From assembly GCA_902777205.1 (NCBI GenBank), contig CACYSU010000003.1, forward strand, positions 95,492-159,491: a stretch of 64,000 nt of DNA. Direction: 5' to 3'. The position numbers were made by a program, and so were the translations under genes. Shown piece after piece: positions 45,609-57,141 of this stretch (the stretch's first letter is position 1; each line of letters begins with the position of its first letter). The notes below the pieces were generated by a model. That model saw nothing but the letters and a program-made list of their open reading frames with translations. It was not told where the DNA came from and ran no database searches. This DNA comes from an uncultured Rhodospirillales bacterium. Its GTDB lineage: Bacteria; Pseudomonadota; Alphaproteobacteria; CAAGCB01; CAG-977.

Positions 45609-46828
45609 TCAATCAGGAGGAGGCTTTCCGCCGCTATCTGGCCGCCCCACAGCAAACGGGCGCCGAAATCACCGTTTTGCAGCTGAAGATTTCGCAGGTT
45701 GACGAAAACCTGCGCAAAGACAGTCTGCTGACCACGATTGTCAACAGCTTCGGCGATGTTCTGGAAGTGTACGGGCAGGCGTTTTGTTTGAAAAACGACG
45801 ACGTTTTCATCGTGTATTCGCCCAAGGTCAACGAAAACACCGTGCGCGCCGCGCTGATCCGGACATGGATGCATTTTTCCGACGATCCGAAAACGGCGAA
45901 CGCGGCGGAAACGCTGGAACGCAAATACGTTCTGCCCGCGGACGCGGACGCGCTGACGTTTGAAATCGCGCGAATCGGCAACGGCCCCTCGCGCACGTTG
46001 GGCGAAAAGAAAGAGCGCAAGAAATTCGTCGCGCCGCCTGTTTTCGATAAAAAGCACCTGCTGTTCACGCCGGAAATGCTGGCGCGCGTGACAAAGGCTT
46101 TGCAGAACACAGACTTTTCCAACATGATCCGGCGGCAGAACGTCTGCGTTTTGCTGGAGGACGCGCGGCCGCAGCCTTTGTTTGAAGAGGTGTTCGTGTC
46201 CATCGCCGATTTGGGCGAATCCATTTTGCCGGGGGTGTCGCTGACGGCGACGCCGTGGCTGTTCCAAGACCTGACCGAAACGCTGGACAAGCGCGTTCTC
46301 AGCAGCGTGTCGCGCCACGACGACGGCGCGTTTACGCACGATTTTTCGCTGAACCTGAACATTTCGACCATCTTGTCCGAGGAATTCCGAGAATTCGACA
46401 GCAACATCCGGTCGTCCGTGAAAAACACGGTCGTTTTGGAATTGCAGCCGATCGACATTTTCAGCGATTTGCGTTCCTATCTGTCCGCCCGCGACTACGC
46501 CCAAAATCTGGGGTACAAGATATGCATCGACGGCGTGACGCACAAAACGCTGCGCTTCATCGACCGTGAACGGCTGGGCGCGGATTACGTCAAGCTGACG
46601 TGGAACGCCGATCTGCCTTTCGCGCTGCAAGAGGACGCGGAGCTGGACGAACGGCTGGAAAACATCGGGGCGAACCGCGCGATTTTGTGCCGCGTTGACG
46701 ACGAGGAAGCTCTGCTGGTCGCCAAAAAATACGGCATCACCCTGTTTCAGGGGCGCTACATCCAGCATTTGATGTCCGACAACCCGCGCAACCGCCGCGT
46801 CGGAACGACGCTGCTGCGCAAATACTGA
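45605..46828 (+). CDS. Degenerate EAL-like domain protein, paralog of the preceding gene
   Basis: WLFQDLTETLDKR, FSLNLNIST, ICIDG, DYVKL, FQGRY. Confidence 0.72.
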   Translation: MINQEEAFRRYLAAPQQTGAEITVLQLKISQVDENLRKDSLLTTIVNSFGDVLEVYGQAFCLKNDDVFIVYSPKVNENTVRAALIRTWMHFSDDPKTANAAETLERKYVLPADADALTFEIARIGNGPSRTLGEKKERKKFVAPPVFDKKHLLFTPEMLARVTKALQNTDFSNMIRRQNVCVLLEDARPQPLFEEVFVSIADLGESILPGVSLTATPWLFQDLTETLDKRVLSSVSRHDDGAFTHDFSLNLNISTILSEEFREFDSNIRSSVKNTVVLELQPIDIFSDLRSYLSARDYAQNLGYKICIDGVTHKTLRFIDRERLGADYVKLTWNADLPFALQEDAELDERLENIGANRAILCRVDDEEALLVAKKYGITLFQGRYIQHLMSDNPRNRRVGTTLLRKY

Positions 46829-46849
46829 TCAACGAAAGGGAGGGCGGCC

Positions 46850-47755
46850 ATGTGGCATTGTCTGTCCGGCAATCGGGAATACGGGCCTTTTTCCGATGAC
46901 GAGGCGTCGCGTTTCATCCAATCGCATCCCGATTGTCTGGTTTGGCGCGACGGAATGCCCGAATGGGTGCCCGCCGGCCGGTTCGCCGCGTTGAACGGCG
47001 CGGAAAACGATATGCCGTCCGCGGGCGCGTTGTTCGATTCGGGGCTGGATTTCCGAATCCTCGGCGACGATATGCAGTACGTCGAAATCACTTTGGGCGA
47101 AGGCGAATCCGTCATCGCGGAACCCGGCGCGATGCTGTACAAGGACAACAACGTTTCGCTGGACGCCATGCTGGGGACGGCGAACGGCGGCCTTTTCGGC
47201 AAGCTGTTCGGCGCGGGCAAGCGCGTTTTGTCGGGGGAGCGGGCGTTTTTGACGGCGTTCACCAACACGATGCCGCGCCCGTCGCGGGTGGCTTTTTCCG
47301 CGCCCTATCCCGGAAAGATCATTCCCGTTTCCCTGTCCGGATTCGGCGGGGAGATCATCTGCCAGCGCGACAGTTTTCTGTGCGCGCAGGCCGATGTCGA
47401 TATCGGCGTCTATTTCCAGAAAAAGATCATGACCGCCTTGTTCGGCGGGCAGGGGTTCGTCATGCAGCGTCTGCGCGGCGACGGAGTCGTTTTCATCCAC
47501 GCGGGCGGCGCGATCGGCGAAATCGAATTGAAGGAATACGAGGCGCTGCAGGTCGATGTCGGCTGTCTGGTCGCGTTCCAGCCGTCGGTTCATTTCAACG
47601 TCACGGGGACGGGCAGTCTGAAATCCCAGATTTTCGGCGGTTCCGGCCTGTTTTTCGCGGATATGCGGGGGCCGGGAAAGGTTTGGGTGCAGTCCCTGCC
47701 GTTCGCGCGGCTGGCGCAAAGATTCGCCGACCGGATCGTCCCGCGGCGAAAATAA
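46850..47755 (+). CDS. GYF_2 (DUF4339) + AIM24 (TIGR00266) family protein
   Basis: N-terminal EYGPF..LVWRDGMPEWVP; GDDMQYVEITL..E.VIAEPGAM; GPGKVWVQSLPF. Confidence 0.85.
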   Translation: MWHCLSGNREYGPFSDDEASRFIQSHPDCLVWRDGMPEWVPAGRFAALNGAENDMPSAGALFDSGLDFRILGDDMQYVEITLGEGESVIAEPGAMLYKDNNVSLDAMLGTANGGLFGKLFGAGKRVLSGERAFLTAFTNTMPRPSRVAFSAPYPGKIIPVSLSGFGGEIICQRDSFLCAQADVDIGVYFQKKIMTALFGGQGFVMQRLRGDGVVFIHAGGAIGEIELKEYEALQVDVGCLVAFQPSVHFNVTGTGSLKSQIFGGSGLFFADMRGPGKVWVQSLPFARLAQRFADRIVPRRK

Positions 47756-47874
47756 ATGGCGGAATGTTAAATAATCTGTTGACAAATCCGTGATTATCCG
47801 CCTATAAAAGGCTCTCACTAAAGCGGAAAAGGGTTTTCTGCTTTTTGTTATGAATTTCTAAGATGGTGAAGAAA

Positions 47875-48174
47875 ATGTTCGCAGTTATTAAGACAGGCGG
47901 CAAACAGTACAAGGTCGCAAAGGATGATACGATCGTCGTTGAAAAGCTCAATGCGGAGATCGGCTCTACTGTGACATTTGACAATGTGCTCGCCCTTGAT
48001 GAAAAAATCGGCACGCCCAACATCGCCGGTGCCAAAGTATCCGCCAAGGTCGTCAAACAGACCCGCGACGATACCGTTGTCGTTTTCAAAAAGAAACGCC
48101 GTCAGGGCTATCGCCGTAAAAACGGCCATCGTCAGTATATCTCGATCGTCAAGATCACGGATATCGCCGAATAA
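47875..48174 (+). CDS. rplU: 50S ribosomal protein L21
   Basis: [24 protein letters not shown]. Confidence 0.97.
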   Translation: MFAVIKTGGKQYKVAKDDTIVVEKLNAEIGSTVTFDNVLALDEKIGTPNIAGAKVSAKVVKQTRDDTVVVFKKKRRQGYRRKNGHRQYISIVKITDIAE

Positions 48175-48200
48175 TTTACTTTAGGTAAAGGAGATCTACC

Positions 48201-50696
<2,496 letters not shown>

Positions 50697-50697
50697 A

Positions 50698-51945
50698 ATG
50701 AAAGAATTGATGCTTTCCATGGGCAAAAAGGCCAAGGCGGCCGCCCGCGTTCTGGCAACGGCGGCGCCCGAACTGAAAAACAAAGCTTTGACCGCGGCCG
50801 CGCGGGCGATCCGTGACGAATCGGACGCGGTTTTGGCGGCGAACAAAGCCGATATGGACGCTTTGTCCCCCGAAACGTCGCCCGCGATGCGCGACCGTTT
50901 GCTGTTGACGCCCGAACGCGTCGAAGCGATGGCGAAGGGCGTTGACGAAATCGCCGCCTTGCCCGATCCCGTCGGCCGCGTGCTGGCCGAATGGACGCGC
51001 CCGAACGGGCTGCGGATTTCCCGCGTGGCCGTTCCGCTGGGCGTGATCGGCGTCATTTACGAAAGCCGCCCGAACGTCACCGCCGACGCGGGCGCGCTGT
51101 GTTTCAAATCCGGCAACGCCGTCATTCTGCGCGGCGGATCGGAAAGCTTTCATTCGTCGTCGAAAATCGCGGAATTGCTGCATAAAGGGCTGGAATCCGC
51201 CGGATTGCCCGCCGACTGCATCCAATTCGTGCCGACGACGGATCGCGCCGCCGTGGGCGAAATGCTGAAGCTGGACGAATACATTGACGTTATCGTTCCG
51301 CGCGGCGGCAAATCGCTGATTCAGCGCATCACGAACGAAAGCCGGATTCCGCTGTTCAAACATTTGAACGGCATCTGCCACACCTACATTCACGAATCCG
51401 CCGATCCGGCCATGGCGGTCAAGGTCGTTTTGAACGCGAAAATGCGGCGCACGGGAACGTGCAATTCGACCGAAACGGTATTGTGCGACTCGGCCGTTTC
51501 CCAAACGATTCTGCCCGCCGTCATCGACACTTTGATCAACGCGGGATGCGAAGTGCGCGGCGACGAGGCGGCGCAATCCCTTGACGCCCGCGTCACGCCC
51601 GCGACGGCGGAGGATTGGGACACGGAATACCTCGCCCCGATCGTGTCGGTGCGCGTCGTCAAAGACATTGACGAAGCGATCGACCACATCGCACGGCACA
51701 GTTCGCATCACACGGAATCCATTTTGGCCGGCGACGGCGCGGCGGCGGAAAAGTTCCTGAACGCCGTGGACAGCTCGGTCGTGATGGTGAACGCTTCGAC
51801 GCAATTCTGCGACGGCGGCGAATTCGGCATGGGGGCGGAAATCGGCATCGCGACCGGCCGTCTGCACGCCCGCGGGCCGATCGGCGCGGAACAGTTGACA
51901 ACCTTTAAATATCAGGTGCGCGGTGCCGGTCAGATACGTCCGTAA
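50698..51945 (+). CDS. proA: Gamma-glutamyl phosphate reductase
   Basis: VPLGVIGVIYESRPNVT, CNSTE, NASTQFCDGGEFGMGAEIG. Confidence 0.96.
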   Translation: MKELMLSMGKKAKAAARVLATAAPELKNKALTAAARAIRDESDAVLAANKADMDALSPETSPAMRDRLLLTPERVEAMAKGVDEIAALPDPVGRVLAEWTRPNGLRISRVAVPLGVIGVIYESRPNVTADAGALCFKSGNAVILRGGSESFHSSSKIAELLHKGLESAGLPADCIQFVPTTDRAAVGEMLKLDEYIDVIVPRGGKSLIQRITNESRIPLFKHLNGICHTYIHESADPAMAVKVVLNAKMRRTGTCNSTETVLCDSAVSQTILPAVIDTLINAGCEVRGDEAAQSLDARVTPATAEDWDTEYLAPIVSVRVVKDIDEAIDHIARHSSHHTESILAGDGAAAEKFLNAVDSSVVMVNASTQFCDGGEFGMGAEIGIATGRLHARGPIGAEQLTTFKYQVRGAGQIRP

Positions 51946-52522
51946 AACAGTCGGCCTGCTGGGCGGGTCGTTCAACCCCGCGCACGACGGCCACCGGTAC
52001 ATCAGCCTGCAGGCCTTGAAACTGCTGGGCGTGGACGAGGTGTGGTGGCTGGTGTCGCCCTTGAATCCGCTGAAAGAGGCCAAGGACATGGCTTCTTACG
52101 ACCGGCGCGTCGCGATCGCGGAACAGGTGTCGAACCACCCCCGCATCAAGGTTTCCCGCATCGAACAGGAAATCGGCACGCGCTATACGGCCGACACGCT
52201 GGAAAAATTGCGGGAACTTTACCCCGACACGGCGTTCGTGTGGCTGATGGGGGCGGACAATTTGACACAATTTCACCGCTGGTACAAATGGCGGTCGATC
52301 ATGCGCGCGGTTCCTATTGCCGTTTTCGCCAGAAAAAACTATGCTCTGAGGGCGCTGCACGGCAAGGCGGCGCGTCTGTACCGCCTGTACCGCCAAGACC
52401 CGCAAAACGCGCGCGATCTGGCCTTTACAAAGCCGCCGGCGTGGGTGTTTTTGCCGATTCGCAAACATCCGGCGTCGTCCACGGAAATTCGCAACAAAGG
52501 ATTATTCAAAACAGGAGAATGA
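51923..52522 (+). CDS. nadD: Nicotinate-nucleotide adenylyltransferase
   Basis: GGSFNPAHDGH, WLMGADNL, SSTEIR. Confidence 0.95.
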   Translation: MPVRYVRKTVGLLGGSFNPAHDGHRYISLQALKLLGVDEVWWLVSPLNPLKEAKDMASYDRRVAIAEQVSNHPRIKVSRIEQEIGTRYTADTLEKLRELYPDTAFVWLMGADNLTQFHRWYKWRSIMRAVPIAVFARKNYALRALHGKAARLYRLYRQDPQNARDLAFTKPPAWVFLPIRKHPASSTEIRNKGLFKTGE

Positions 52523-52525
52523 GTT

Positions 52526-53077
52526 ATGCCCGTTAAAAAGTCTGAAACCGCAACGGAAAAAGCCAAGAAAACGACCAAAACGGTGAAAGCCGTCAAGGCC
52601 GATACGGAAAAAAAGGCCGCCAAAGCCGCTAAAAAGGAAATCAAGAAAACCGTCAAAAAAACGGTCAAAAAGATCCTGAAGGCCAAGGAAAAGAATGAAA
52701 AGCTGCTGAAAAAAGCCGCGAAGCCCAAGGAAAACGCCGAAGAACGCAAAATCGTCGATCTGATCGTCAAAACGCTGGAAAGCGGCAAGGGCGAAGACAT
52801 CGTCGTCATCAACCTGACGGGCAAAACCGCGATCGCCGACTATCTGGTCGTCGCGACCGGCCGCGCGCCGCGCCATGTCACGGCTTTGGCCGAACAGGTG
52901 CAGCTGCGCCTGAAAAAAACGGGCGTTCCCGCGTCGATCGAAGGCGAAGATGTCGGCGATTGGGTGATCGTGGACGCGGGCGACGTGATCGTTCACGTTT
53001 TCCATCCCGAAACGCGCGAACTCTATTGCATTGAAGAGCTGTGGGGCGAAGAAACGCCGCGCCGTTTGAAAAAGTAA
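52526..53077 (+). CDS. rsfS: Ribosome silencing factor with Lys/Ala-rich N-terminal extension
   Basis: KGEDIVVI, ADYLVVATG..RHV, WVIVDAGDVIVHVF..RELY..EELW. Confidence 0.92.
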   Translation: MPVKKSETATEKAKKTTKTVKAVKADTEKKAAKAAKKEIKKTVKKTVKKILKAKEKNEKLLKKAAKPKENAEERKIVDLIVKTLESGKGEDIVVINLTGKTAIADYLVVATGRAPRHVTALAEQVQLRLKKTGVPASIEGEDVGDWVIVDAGDVIVHVFHPETRELYCIEELWGEETPRRLKK

Positions 53078-53535
53078 TGGACATTGTCATCGCCTGCATC
53101 GGGCATATGAAATCGGGGCCGGAGCTGGATCTGTTGTCAAAGTACGTCAAACAGACGCGCTGGAACGTCGCCGTGCGCGAATTTGAAGACAAGAAATCCG
53201 GTTCCGCCCTTGAACGCAAAAAGCGCGAGGGCGAATTGCTGCTGTCCGCCGTTCCCGCGGGGGCGAAAATCGTCGTTTTGGACGAACGCGGCAAAATGAC
53301 GGGATCGGAGGCGTTCGCGCATAAACTGGGCGCGTGGCAGGATGCGGGCGTTCCGGCCGTCGCCTTTTTGATCGGCGGCGCGGACGGGCATACGGACGAA
53401 GTCAGGCGGCGGGCGGATTACCTGCTGGCGTTCGGGGAAATGACGTGGCCGCATATGTTGGTGCGCGTGATGCTGAGCGAACAGATTTACCGCGCCAAAA
53501 CGATTTTGGACGGCCATCCGTACCACCGCGCGTAA
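53077..53535 (+). CDS. rlmH: 23S rRNA pseudouridine-1915 methyltransferase
   Basis: LDERGK, FLIGGADG, TWPHMLVRVMLSEQIYRA..GHPYHR. Confidence 0.95.
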   Translation: MDIVIACIGHMKSGPELDLLSKYVKQTRWNVAVREFEDKKSGSALERKKREGELLLSAVPAGAKIVVLDERGKMTGSEAFAHKLGAWQDAGVPAVAFLIGGADGHTDEVRRRADYLLAFGEMTWPHMLVRVMLSEQIYRAKTILDGHPYHRA

Positions 53536-53551
53536 TACGCGATCGGCCAAA

Positions 53552-53582
53552 GAAAAACCCCGCGCCGGAACACGGGGTTTTT
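53552..53582. terminator. Bidirectional terminator
   Basis: AAAAACCCCG...CGGGGTTTTT between convergent genes. Confidence 0.75.
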
Positions 53583-53598
53583 AAATGCTTGCGTTTTT

Positions 53599-54567
53599 TT
53601 AAACGGAATCGGGTTCGCGGAACAGGGGCTTCCCTTGGAACATACGCGCGGATTGCGATTCCATCAACGTTCCCAAAGAGATTTGGCGGTCGCGGATGCT
53701 GACGCGCAGCTGGTCGGCCGCCGTCGGATCGGGGTTGGCGAACGCGAACCGGACTTCGGGGAACATGGTTTTGATGCCCTGCAATTTCTGGTGGATGACG
53801 CCCAAAATGCCGCGTCCCAGCAGGTCGGCCGCCAATTCTTCGCTCAGATCCGCGCTCATCGCGTATTTGATGACGGAGTTCAGCGCGTCTTCGACGCTGT
53901 TGGCGTGAATCGTCGATAACACCAAATGGCCGGAGGTCGCCGCGCGCAGAATCTGGCTGGCGCAGTCGGGGGTGCGGATCTCGCCCACCAGAATGTAGCG
54001 CGGACGGCAACGCAGGGCGGATTTCAGCGATTCGCCCCAATCGTTGTTGTCGGGTTCGGTTTGTTTGCACATTCCCAAACCGCCGCGCTTGGATTGGTAA
54101 ATCCCGTCCAAAGGCATTTCGGGAGGGTCTTCGATCGTATAGGCGTATCCGCCCTCGCGTTCCAAAAACTTGCGCATCAGGCAGGAAATGGATGTCGTTT
54201 TCCCCGCGCCGGTGGGACCCGCCCACAAAATCAATCCGGATTCGCGGTTCAGCGAAATCAGGTGGTTCGTGACGGCCTCGGGCAATCCCAGCCGCGCGAC
54301 ATCCGGCGTTTTGCGCGGCATCCGGCGGGCGGAATACATGATGCCCGTCAGGGTCGCGACGCGTTCGACGCGGTACATGGTGGAACCGTAGGCCATGGAA
54401 TAGCTCGACCGGCCGGTGTAGGAACGTTCCAGCGCGTCGTGAAATTCCTTGGCGTCATCGACTTCCAGCACTTTCAGCCCGAAACGGGTTTCGCCGTCGT
54501 GGACGTACAGGATGTCTTCGGGCGTGTACCAAATGTCTGAAAAAAGTTGTTCGTCAATCGTAGCCAT
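53599..54567 (-). CDS. PilT/DotB-like secretion ATPase
   Basis: GPTGAGKTT, TIEDPPE, LVGEIR, GHLVLSTIHAN. Confidence 0.85.
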   Translation of the reverse strand: MATIDEQLFSDIWYTPEDILYVHDGETRFGLKVLEVDDAKEFHDALERSYTGRSSYSMAYGSTMYRVERVATLTGIMYSARRMPRKTPDVARLGLPEAVTNHLISLNRESGLILWAGPTGAGKTTSISCLMRKFLEREGGYAYTIEDPPEMPLDGIYQSKRGGLGMCKQTEPDNNDWGESLKSALRCRPRYILVGEIRTPDCASQILRAATSGHLVLSTIHANSVEDALNSVIKYAMSADLSEELAADLLGRGILGVIHQKLQGIKTMFPEVRFAFANPDPTAADQLRVSIRDRQISLGTLMESQSARMFQGKPLFREPDSV

Positions 54568-54630
54568 ATTTTCAATCCGGTTGATATATCTGAAAAAATA
54601 TAAATCGAAAAAGGGTGAAAATGCAAGCGT

Positions 54631-55434
54631 TTACATTATATCCGCGCTTTTGCGCCGCGTCAGGGCGGCAAAAGCGAACAGGACGGCGCAGGCGATTTCC
54701 ATCGACGGGGCGGCCGGTGTGTCGAAACAAATCGAGCACGCCAAGCCCGCGCAGACGCACAAAACGCCGGCGAAAGCGGCATAAACGGCCATTCTTTCGG
54801 GCGTTTTCGCGAAAAACCGCGCCGCGGCCGGCGGAATGATCAGCAGCGCCGACACCAGCAGCAATCCGGTCGTTTTCAGCGACAGCGCGACGAACAGCGC
54901 CGTCACCGTCATGAAAACGGCGGACTGGCGGCCGGTTGACACGTTTTCGGATCGCGCGACATCGGGCATCAGCGCGGTGAAAATCTGCTTTTTCCAGTTC
55001 ATTGCCAACAATACGGCGCACAACGATCCCGTCGCCGCGATGAAAACCAGATCCCCGTCCGTCACGGACAAAACGTCGCCGAACAGATAGGCGGTCAAAT
55101 CGGTGCGCACCTGCGGCATCAGGGACAGGCCGACGACGCCCGCGCACAAAGCCGTTTGTCCGATGATCAGCAGCAAAATGTCGGTGCCGATGATGAATTT
55201 GTCCGATATCGCGCCCAACAGCAAAGCCGTCAGGCACACGACGACGGCGACGCCGGCGTTCTGGCCGATCCCCAGCGCGATTCCCAGCAGCACGCCGGCC
55301 AGCGCGGAATGGGACAGCGTGTCGCTGAAAAACGCCATGCGCCGCCAAATCATCAAACATCCGACGGGACCCGCCAGAACGGCGGTGGCGACGGCGGCGG
55401 CCAAAGCGCGCAAAACAAAGGGTTCAGTCCACAT
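54631..55434 (-). CDS. znuB: Zinc ABC transporter permease
   Basis: WRRMAFFSDTLSHSALAG, YLFGDVL, LLIIPPAAAR. Confidence 0.9.
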   Translation of the reverse strand: MWTEPFVLRALAAAVATAVLAGPVGCLMIWRRMAFFSDTLSHSALAGVLLGIALGIGQNAGVAVVVCLTALLLGAISDKFIIGTDILLLIIGQTALCAGVVGLSLMPQVRTDLTAYLFGDVLSVTDGDLVFIAATGSLCAVLLAMNWKKQIFTALMPDVARSENVSTGRQSAVFMTVTALFVALSLKTTGLLLVSALLIIPPAAARFFAKTPERMAVYAAFAGVLCVCAGLACSICFDTPAAPSMEIACAVLFAFAALTRRKSADIM

Positions 55435-56179
55435 ATTCCACACTCCCGTCCGGCAAATGGCGGTGGTCGTGATGATGCCGGTACACGGCCAGTGCGGGGC
55501 GATCCCCGTACAAACGCCCGTATTCGGGCAGGCTGACGATTTCGTCGGGCGCGCCGCTGCAGCAGATGTGGCGGTTGACGCACAGCACCCGATGCGATCC
55601 CGCCATGACGATGTGCAAATCGTGCGACACCATGACGATCGCGCATTTTTCCGTTTGGTTCAGCGAATCCAGCAGGGCGTAGAACCGTTCTTCGCCGACG
55701 GGGTCGAGCCCCTGCGCCGGTTCGTCCAGAATCAGCAAATCGGGATGTTTCAGCAGCGTTCGCGCCAGCATGACGCGCTGGGTTTCCCCGCCGGACAGCG
55801 GATGCACGCTTTTATCCAGAAATTCGGGCGGCAATCCGGTCAGGTTCAGCGCGCCGGCCAGTTCGTCGTCGCCATAGTTCCTGTCCAGACACAAAAAACG
55901 GCGCACGGTGACGGGCATGGCGCGCGACAGGTTCGTTTTTTGCGGCACATAGCCGGTTTTCAGTCCCGCTTTGCGTTCGACGGCGCCTTTGTCGGGGCTC
56001 AGCACGCCCAGTATCACTTTCAGCAAGGTCGTCTTTCCCGCGCCGTTCGGGCCGATCAGCGTTAAAATCCGCCCCGCCGGAATGTCGAAAGAAATGTCTT
56101 CCAGCACGGTTTTGCCGCCCAGCGTGACGCCGACGTTTTTCAGTCGGACGAGAATGTCGTTTCGCGAATTGTCAAACAT
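55424..56179 (-). CDS. znuC: Zinc ABC transporter ATPase
   Basis: GPNGAGKT, LSGGETQR, ICCSG.P, C-terminal YRHHHDHRH. Confidence 0.92.
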   Translation of the reverse strand: MFDNSRNDILVRLKNVGVTLGGKTVLEDISFDIPAGRILTLIGPNGAGKTTLLKVILGVLSPDKGAVERKAGLKTGYVPQKTNLSRAMPVTVRRFLCLDRNYGDDELAGALNLTGLPPEFLDKSVHPLSGGETQRVMLARTLLKHPDLLILDEPAQGLDPVGEERFYALLDSLNQTEKCAIVMVSHDLHIVMAGSHRVLCVNRHICCSGAPDEIVSLPEYGRLYGDRPALAVYRHHHDHRHLPDGSVEYVD

Positions 56180-56252
56180 GATATCATCCGGTGTCAGGTC
56201 TTGTTTTTCCTGTCATAGCGTAATACACCTGAAAGGGAAAGGGGATAATTGA

Positions 56253-57137
56253 ATGCGCTTTGCCGTTCTTTCGTTCATATTGCTGATTTCCGCGCGGCCG
56301 GCCGCCGCCGTTCCGGCCGTCGTTGCGTCGATCGCGCCGGTTCATTCGGCCGCCGCGGCCGTCATGGACGGAATCGGCGTGCCCGAATTGCTGCTGAATC
56401 CCGCCGTTTCCGTACACGATTACCATTTGAAACCGTCGGATATGCGCCGTTTGTCGCGGGCGGACGTTTTGTTTTGGGGCGGCGCGCCGCTGGAATCTTT
56501 TTTGGAAAAGCCGATAGAGGCGGCCGGTTTGACGGACAAGAACGTCGCGCTGATGTCCGATTCGCGCTTGACAATTCTGCCCGCGCGCGGCGGCCGCGGG
56601 GCGACGGCGGACGGGCATTTCTGGCTGATGCCGGAAAATATGGCGCAGACGGCGCGGATCATCGCGGAAAAACTGGCCTCGCTGGATCCCGAAAACGCGG
56701 CGGCGTACAAAAAAAACGCCGAAGATTTCGCCCGACAAACGGCGGAGTTGGAAAAGGCCGGCCGTCAAAGACTGGCGCCTCTTGCGGGAACGCCTTACGT
56801 CACCTTTCACGACGCATATCAGTATTTTGAAAAAAGCTTCGGTTTGACGCCGGTCGGATCGGTGTACGTCGATTCGCACCACGCGTCCGGAATCGGCCGG
56901 ATGGCGGAGCTGCGTGAAAAAATGAGGCGGGCGGGGCGTTTATGCCTGTTTTCAGAACCGCAATTTTCTGATAAAGGTGAAAAGACCGTCGCGCAGGATC
57001 TGCCCGTCGCGACCGCGACGCTGGATCCGGTCGGGGCGGAATTGACGGCCGGAAAGGGATTTTACGGGGATTTGATGAACGCTTTGTTCGATTCGTTTGC
57101 CGGATGTTTTTCAAAATTGCGGGAACAAGAGGAGTGA
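56253..57137 (+). CDS. znuA: Zinc ABC transporter substrate-binding protein
   Basis: Signal peptide, SVHDY, GHFWL, FHDAYQYFE, CLFSEPQF; divergent from znuCB. Confidence 0.92.
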   Translation: MRFAVLSFILLISARPAAAVPAVVASIAPVHSAAAAVMDGIGVPELLLNPAVSVHDYHLKPSDMRRLSRADVLFWGGAPLESFLEKPIEAAGLTDKNVALMSDSRLTILPARGGRGATADGHFWLMPENMAQTARIIAEKLASLDPENAAAYKKNAEDFARQTAELEKAGRQRLAPLAGTPYVTFHDAYQYFEKSFGLTPVGSVYVDSHHASGIGRMAELREKMRRAGRLCLFSEPQFSDKGEKTVAQDLPVATATLDPVGAELTAGKGFYGDLMNALFDSFAGCFSKLREQEE

Positions 57138-57141
57138 TCCG

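Noticed and set aside
56211-56227. Zur box between znuC and znuA
   Set aside because: TGTCATAGCGTAATACA is only a loose match to the palindrome; plausible by position but not supportable by eye.
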